Positions 39,428 to 43,895 of a stretch of DNA of 43,895 bases are shown here, in pieces (position 1 is the first letter of the stretch; each line of letters begins with the position of its first letter). The stretch lies in sequence record SRR2962707_648; one strand, written 5' to 3'. A program made the translations under genes and the position numbers. The notes beneath the pieces are model-generated. The model did not search any database. It was not told where the DNA came from and saw nothing but the letters and a program-made list of their open reading frames with translations.

Positions 39428-39529
39428 AGCAAATAAAAAGCACAAAAGACGCTTCAGTTTATTCCACTAGAGCGTTTGCAAAACCTGCAGAACAAAAAAA
39501 TAGACAATAAGAATAATAGGATAACACTC

Positions 39530-40588
39530 ATGAAAAAAGCTCTGATAACAGCCACCTGTCTGACTGGATTAACATTCGCCGCCTCCTCCCATGCCGACTT
39601 CAATAAAATTCGTTGGCAAGTTCCTATGGCATTTTCCTCTTCTCTGATTGCACTTGGCGACACCATGCCTGAAGTGTCAAAAATGCTAAAAGAAAGCAGT
39701 GGCGGTAAAGTCAATCTGCAAGTATTCGAACCCGGTACCTTGATTCCAGCCCTGAGTATTTTTGACAATGTTAGCTCTGGCAACTTGTCTGCAGGCTACT
39801 CTTGGATGGGGTATGAGTGGGGACAAATTCCAGCAGCGGCTTTATTCGGAGCAACGCCATTCGGCCTTGAATCTAATGAGTTTACTGCTTGGATGTATTT
39901 CCATGGCGGCGATAAGATGCTGAAAAAGCTGTTTAAGCCTTATGATGTTTATCCTATTCTTTGCGGCACTATCAGCCCAGAAGCCGCAGGTTGGTTCCGT
40001 AAAGAAATCAAATCTGTCGACGATCTAAACGGTCTTAAATTCCGTGCTGCCGGTCTTGGCGGTGAAATCATGTCGGAATTTGGTATGTCGATCAACGTCT
40101 TCCCTGGCGGCGAGCTATATCAAGCATTGGAAACGGGCGTCTTAGACGGCACGGAATTCTCTATCCCTACGGTCGATGAACAACTTGGGTTCTATCAGGT
40201 AGCAAAACATTATTACCTTCCTGGTTGGCATCAGCCTTCCACAAACCAGTTCCTTTACATCAATACCAATGATTGGGAAAAACTGAACAAACAAACTCAG
40301 TCTTTAATTGAAACCAGCTGTATGGCCGCCAATACTCTCGCCATTTCAAAATCCGAAGCCTTACAAGGCGGCGTGCTAGCGAAATTCGAAGAAAAAGGCG
40401 TCAATTTACACCAGTACTCTCCTGAAATTCTGAAAGCCTTTGAAGTGGCAACCGACAAAGTCATGGCAAAACACTCTCAAGAAGACCCTCAATTTGCCGA
40501 GATCTACGCGTCCATGAAAGCCTTCCAGAAAGAGCATCGTCCATGGAAAAAATTGGGCTACTTACCTCGTGATTGGGACACTAAATAA
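39530..40588 (+). CDS. dctP: TRAP substrate-binding protein (DctP, TakP/monocarboxylate-like subfamily)
   Basis: Signal peptide; AAGWFRKEIKSVDDLNGLKFRAAG (carboxylate-binding Arg), GGELYQALETGVLDGTEF and YYLPGWHQP motifs. Start at ATG 39530. Confidence 0.92.
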   Translation: MKKALITATCLTGLTFAASSHADFNKIRWQVPMAFSSSLIALGDTMPEVSKMLKESSGGKVNLQVFEPGTLIPALSIFDNVSSGNLSAGYSWMGYEWGQIPAAALFGATPFGLESNEFTAWMYFHGGDKMLKKLFKPYDVYPILCGTISPEAAGWFRKEIKSVDDLNGLKFRAAGLGGEIMSEFGMSINVFPGGELYQALETGVLDGTEFSIPTVDEQLGFYQVAKHYYLPGWHQPSTNQFLYINTNDWEKLNKQTQSLIETSCMAANTLAISKSEALQGGVLAKFEEKGVNLHQYSPEILKAFEVATDKVMAKHSQEDPQFAEIYASMKAFQKEHRPWKKLGYLPRDWDTK

Positions 40589-40613
40589 CTCTATTTGACA
40601 CTCTGTTTAGTGA

Positions 40614-40648
40614 GTCGGCATGTGGTTTCAACCCATGCCGACGTTTTT
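40614..40648 (+). terminator. Intra-operonic stem-loop after dctP
   Basis: GTCGGCATG-N11-CATGCCGAC followed by GTTTTT; typical of elements that raise binding-protein mRNA relative to permease mRNA. Confidence 0.55.
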
Positions 40649-40685
40649 CACTGGGTGCACGCATCCGGAATCAAAGGAGAATGGT

Positions 40686-41288
40686 ATGTCTGATCATACT
40701 AACGAGCTGGATTTGGCGAAAATTGAGGCCAGCTTATCAAACTCAAATCTAAACCAGCTACCACACACAAAATTATCCAAATGCATTGAGTCTGCTATTG
40801 AAAAAGTTGGCCAATATTCCTCCTGGTTGTGGCTGATATTAATGCTGCTGATCGTCGGCAACGCTTTAATGCGATATTGCTTTAACACCACATTTGTCGC
40901 CTTAGAAGAGCTGCAATGGCATTTGTACGCGGTAGGCTTCATGCTTGGCCTATCCTATTGTTTTATTCATGATGGCCACGTTCGTGTGGATGCACTGGCT
41001 GAACACTGGTCACTGCGCAAACGGGCTTGGATCGAAATATTCGGTCTCACCTTTTTACTGCTTCCTTTTTGCATTGTGATGTTCAGTTACGCGTTGCCTT
41101 TTGTCGAACGCGCGTACCGAATGAACGAGGTTTCCCCATCTTTCGACGGGCTTCCTATGCGCTGGGTTATTAAATCTTTCATCCTAATCGCCTTAGCTTT
41201 ACTGATGGTCGCCGCTACTTCCCGCTGGCTTCGCTGTGTCTCTTTTTTAACCAATACGCCTAGCAACGATAACCACGCATCGCGCTAA
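40686..41288 (+). CDS. dctQ: TRAP small permease
   Basis: 4 TM; EELQWHLY and DGHVRVD motifs; AAGGAG before ATG 40686. Confidence 0.92.
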   Translation: MSDHTNELDLAKIEASLSNSNLNQLPHTKLSKCIESAIEKVGQYSSWLWLILMLLIVGNALMRYCFNTTFVALEELQWHLYAVGFMLGLSYCFIHDGHVRVDALAEHWSLRKRAWIEIFGLTFLLLPFCIVMFSYALPFVERAYRMNEVSPSFDGLPMRWVIKSFILIALALLMVAATSRWLRCVSFLTNTPSNDNHASR

Positions 41289-41305
41289 TCATTAGGGGAT
41301 TTACT

Positions 41306-42667
41306 GTGTTCGAAACATACGAGTTTTTAGTCATTGCCATGCTTGGCAGCTTTATTTTACTGATTTTCTCAGGCTTTCCCGTCGCTTGGGTATTGGCAGG
41401 TCTTGCCATCGTATTTAGTGTGGTGGGAGTTTTGTCATCTCAGTATCTAGACTGGGACACTTACTACATGACCGATTGGCGAATTTACGGCACCATAATA
41501 CAAAGAATCTACGCGCAAATGAGCAACTGGGTGTTGGTCGCCCTGCCCATGTTTATTTTTATGGGCCTGATGCTAGAACGCTCTGGCGTCGCTGAACGCT
41601 TAATGGTCAACTTCGTTAACTTATTTGGTCGCTTTCGCGGTGGACTTGGCGTTGCGGTTATTCTAATAGGCATCTTATTTGCTGCCTCTACCGGCATTGT
41701 CGGCGCTTCCGTGGTACTGCTTGCGATGTTGTCTATGCCCGTCATGCTTGAGCAAAAGTACTCCCCTTCTTTTGCCAGCGGCATTGTCGCATCATCAGGC
41801 ACTTTGGGTATTTTGATTCCACCAAGCATCATGCTGATCATCATGGCAGACCAGCTCTCTTTGTCGGTTGGTAACCTCTTTATGGGGGCGTTAATGCCTG
41901 GCCTTTTATTAGGCTCTTTGTACATTATCTATGTGATTTTGACGGCGATTTTTAACCCTAAAGTGTGCCATCCGCCGTTGGATTTACCGCCTATTAGCAA
42001 AGAACTGATCTGGTCAACTGTCAAAGCGGTATTTCCGCCCCTAGCGCTGATTTTATCCGTCTTAGGCTCTATCTTTATGGGCATTGTCTCTCCTACGGAA
42101 GCTGCAGGTGTCGGGGCATTTGGCGCGACGCTATTGGCAATTCTAAATAAACGCTTCAACCTCAGTATGTTGGCCGAAGTATGCCGTAAAACCACCATTA
42201 CGACGTCTTTTGTCTTTGGTATTTTCTTAGGCGCCACCGCCTTTGCCGTGGTATTAAGAACATTAGGCGGCGATGAGTTTATTAGCAGTCTTTTGCAAGG
42301 CATTCCTCTGTCACCATCTGGCATCATCATTGTTATTCTGTTGATTGCTTTCGTGGCGGGCTTCTTTTTAGATTGGCTCGAAATCAGTCTAATTCTGTTG
42401 CCATTGGTTGGGCCGGTTGTGGTCGCTCTTGACTTCAATTTGGTGTGGTTTGTGGTGCTTTTTGCCTTGGCGTTGCAAACGTCCTTTTTGACACCGCCCG
42501 TCGGTTTTTCGCTTTTCTATTTAAAAGGTGTCGCCCCTCCAGGTGTCACCACCATGCACATCTACAAAGGCGTTATCCCATTCATTTTATTGCAATTATT
42601 GGCCGTGCTTCTGGTGTTTTTCTTCCCAGATCTGGTGCTTTGGTTGCCTAAAGTCATCTACGGCTAA
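41306..42667 (+). CDS. dctM: TRAP large permease
   Basis: ALPMFIFMG, AASTGIVGAS, GTLGILIPPS, SPTEAAGVG and QTSFLTPPVGFSLFYLKGVAP motifs; GTG start. Confidence 0.94.
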   Translation: MFETYEFLVIAMLGSFILLIFSGFPVAWVLAGLAIVFSVVGVLSSQYLDWDTYYMTDWRIYGTIIQRIYAQMSNWVLVALPMFIFMGLMLERSGVAERLMVNFVNLFGRFRGGLGVAVILIGILFAASTGIVGASVVLLAMLSMPVMLEQKYSPSFASGIVASSGTLGILIPPSIMLIIMADQLSLSVGNLFMGALMPGLLLGSLYIIYVILTAIFNPKVCHPPLDLPPISKELIWSTVKAVFPPLALILSVLGSIFMGIVSPTEAAGVGAFGATLLAILNKRFNLSMLAEVCRKTTITTSFVFGIFLGATAFAVVLRTLGGDEFISSLLQGIPLSPSGIIIVILLIAFVAGFFLDWLEISLILLPLVGPVVVALDFNLVWFVVLFALALQTSFLTPPVGFSLFYLKGVAPPGVTTMHIYKGVIPFILLQLLAVLLVFFFPDLVLWLPKVIYG

Positions 42668-42726
42668 CGTTAACGACCGCCTTGTTCGAAGGGCGCTTGC
42701 TTAGCGCCCTTGTTTGGAGAATAACA

Positions 42727-43500
42727 ATGAATAATAAAACCGTTCTAATTACTGGTGCAGCAAGCGGTATAGGGCTAGAAATTGCTCAGGCTTTTCTAAC
42801 CGCTGGCATGCAAGTAGCGATCTTAGACTTTAGCAAAGAAGCCATCGAAGCGGCGCAAGCGCGCGTCTCTGAATTCAACAAGCAATGTGCTTTTTTTGTC
42901 TGCGATGTCACCAATGAGACACAGTTTTTGAGCGCCATTGACGAGGCCATAATGCAATTCGGCCACATCGATATTTTGATCAATAACGCCGGCGTACAGT
43001 ACATAGCTCCGATTGAAGAGTTTCCTTCGGACACGTACCGAAAACTCATCGACATCATGCTGATTGCGCCATTTATAGCAATCAAAAAGATACTTCCACT
43101 GATGAAGGAAAAAGGGGATGGCCGCATCATCAATATGGCCTCCATCAATGGTTTAATCGGCTTTGCTGGCAAGGCTGGTTACAACTCGGCAAAACACGGT
43201 GTGATAGGCTTAACTAAGGTATCCGCTCTGGAAGCCGCCCCCTTTGGCGTCACCGTTAATGCACTTTGTCCTGGTTATGTGGACACCCCATTGGTTAGAA
43301 ACCAACTGGAGGAGCTGGCAAGAACGAGAAATGTGCCACTCGATGACGTTCTTGAAGAAGTGATATGGCCATTAGTGCCACAGAAACGCCTACTCAGCGT
43401 GAAAGAAATTTCCGACTACTGTTTATTTCTCACCAGTCCATCCGCTAAAGGCGTAACCGGACAAGCCATTGTCATCGATGGTGGGTATACCGCTCAGTAG
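42727..43500 (+). CDS. bdhA: D-3-hydroxybutyrate dehydrogenase (SDR)
   Basis: TGAASGIG, NNAGVQYIAPIEEFP, ASINGL, KAGYNSAKHGVIGLTK, CPGYVDTPLVRNQ and DGGYTAQ motifs, including the HBDH substrate-pocket Gln/Lys/Gln residues. Context is a ketone-body cluster. Confidence 0.9.
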   Translation: MNNKTVLITGAASGIGLEIAQAFLTAGMQVAILDFSKEAIEAAQARVSEFNKQCAFFVCDVTNETQFLSAIDEAIMQFGHIDILINNAGVQYIAPIEEFPSDTYRKLIDIMLIAPFIAIKKILPLMKEKGDGRIINMASINGLIGFAGKAGYNSAKHGVIGLTKVSALEAAPFGVTVNALCPGYVDTPLVRNQLEELARTRNVPLDDVLEEVIWPLVPQKRLLSVKEISDYCLFLTSPSAKGVTGQAIVIDGGYTAQ

Positions 43501-43531
43501 ACTGGCAGTTGAAACAAACAACAGAAATAAT

Positions 43532-43564
43532 AAAGGCCTTAATAGAATATTAAGGCCTTTTTTT
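43532..43564. terminator. Intrinsic terminator after bdhA
   Basis: AAAGGCCTTAATA-GAA-TATTAAGGCCTTT followed by TTTT. Confidence 0.9.
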
Positions 43565-43657
43565 AGCGACAATTACGGCACGCCTAACTCACCATATACG
43601 ATCAATCGAGCTTGAAGCGACCCGATTGAACGTAGCAAGTAAGTTTCAATCAGCGCG

Positions 43658-43895
43658 TTATATCTTAAATTTAGCTAATGCTTTTGCCTGCTCAATAGTG
43701 ATCTCTACCATGTCATCAGACAAGGTAGATTGGTTTTTAGCGGCATCAGAAACAGACTGACTAATGTCACGAATATTACTGGTATTGCGGTTAATTTCAT
43801 TGGAAGTAGCGCTTTGCTCTTCCGCTGCGGCCGCAATTTGTACCGTCATGTCATTAATATCGTTAATCCTTGCGCGGATTTCAGCCAACGACTGT
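43658..43895 (-). CDS. Methyl-accepting chemotaxis protein, C-terminal end (5' part outside the window)
   Basis: INDMTVQIAAAAEEQSATSNEINRN...AKFKI methylation helix. Confidence 0.9.
   Translation of the reverse strand, partial: QSLAEIRARINDINDMTVQIAAAAEEQSATSNEINRNTSNIRDISQSVSDAAKNQSTLSDDMVEITIEQAKALAKFKI

Noticed and set aside
41509-43172. 138-, 169- and 128-aa minus-strand ORFs
   Set aside because: Antisense shadows of dctM and bdhA.
1-43895. CRISPR arrays, tRNA/rRNA, IS elements, integrases, prophage or defence systems
   Set aside because: None seen by eye; all long ORFs are explained by metabolic, transport or regulatory families.

Overview
A 43.9 kb stretch of gammaproteobacterial chromosome. 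It is probably from a marine Oceanospirillales member such as Marinomonas, but that is an inference from protein style and gene content, not a verified assignment. It is densely packed with nutrient-scavenging and catabolic modules. In order: a Fur-boxed FecB/FecCD-type iron ABC operon (truncated at the left edge); an alpha/beta-hydrolase remnant; fdhD plus a YdeP/Fdh4-type molybdoenzyme; a lipoprotein; an orphan trkH; a gamma-glutamylation polyamine cluster (potF-puuA divergent from puuB-tetR); an EmrA/MFS/LysR efflux cassette; a 39-aa membrane ORF; an orphan CHASE-3xPAS hybrid kinase; a SmpA-like lipoprotein; glutathione-independent formaldehyde dehydrogenase fdhA; a rearranged xylose locus (xylA facing xylFGH-xylB-xylR); a ketone-body locus; and the 3' end of a chemotaxis receptor. 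The ketone-body locus is scoAB-atoB-atoE divergent from LysR, a sigma54 activator, TRAP dctPQM and bdhA. I saw no rRNA, tRNA, CRISPR array, transposase or prophage. The best novelty candidate is an apparent sigma54-controlled TRAP uptake system for (R)-3-hydroxybutyrate, with three palindromic enhancer sites readable in the DNA. Other candidates are a TetR operator pair in the polyamine cluster, the small membrane protein, a structured trkH leader, and A-rich Hfq/Crc-type motifs before many catabolic ribosome-binding sites.
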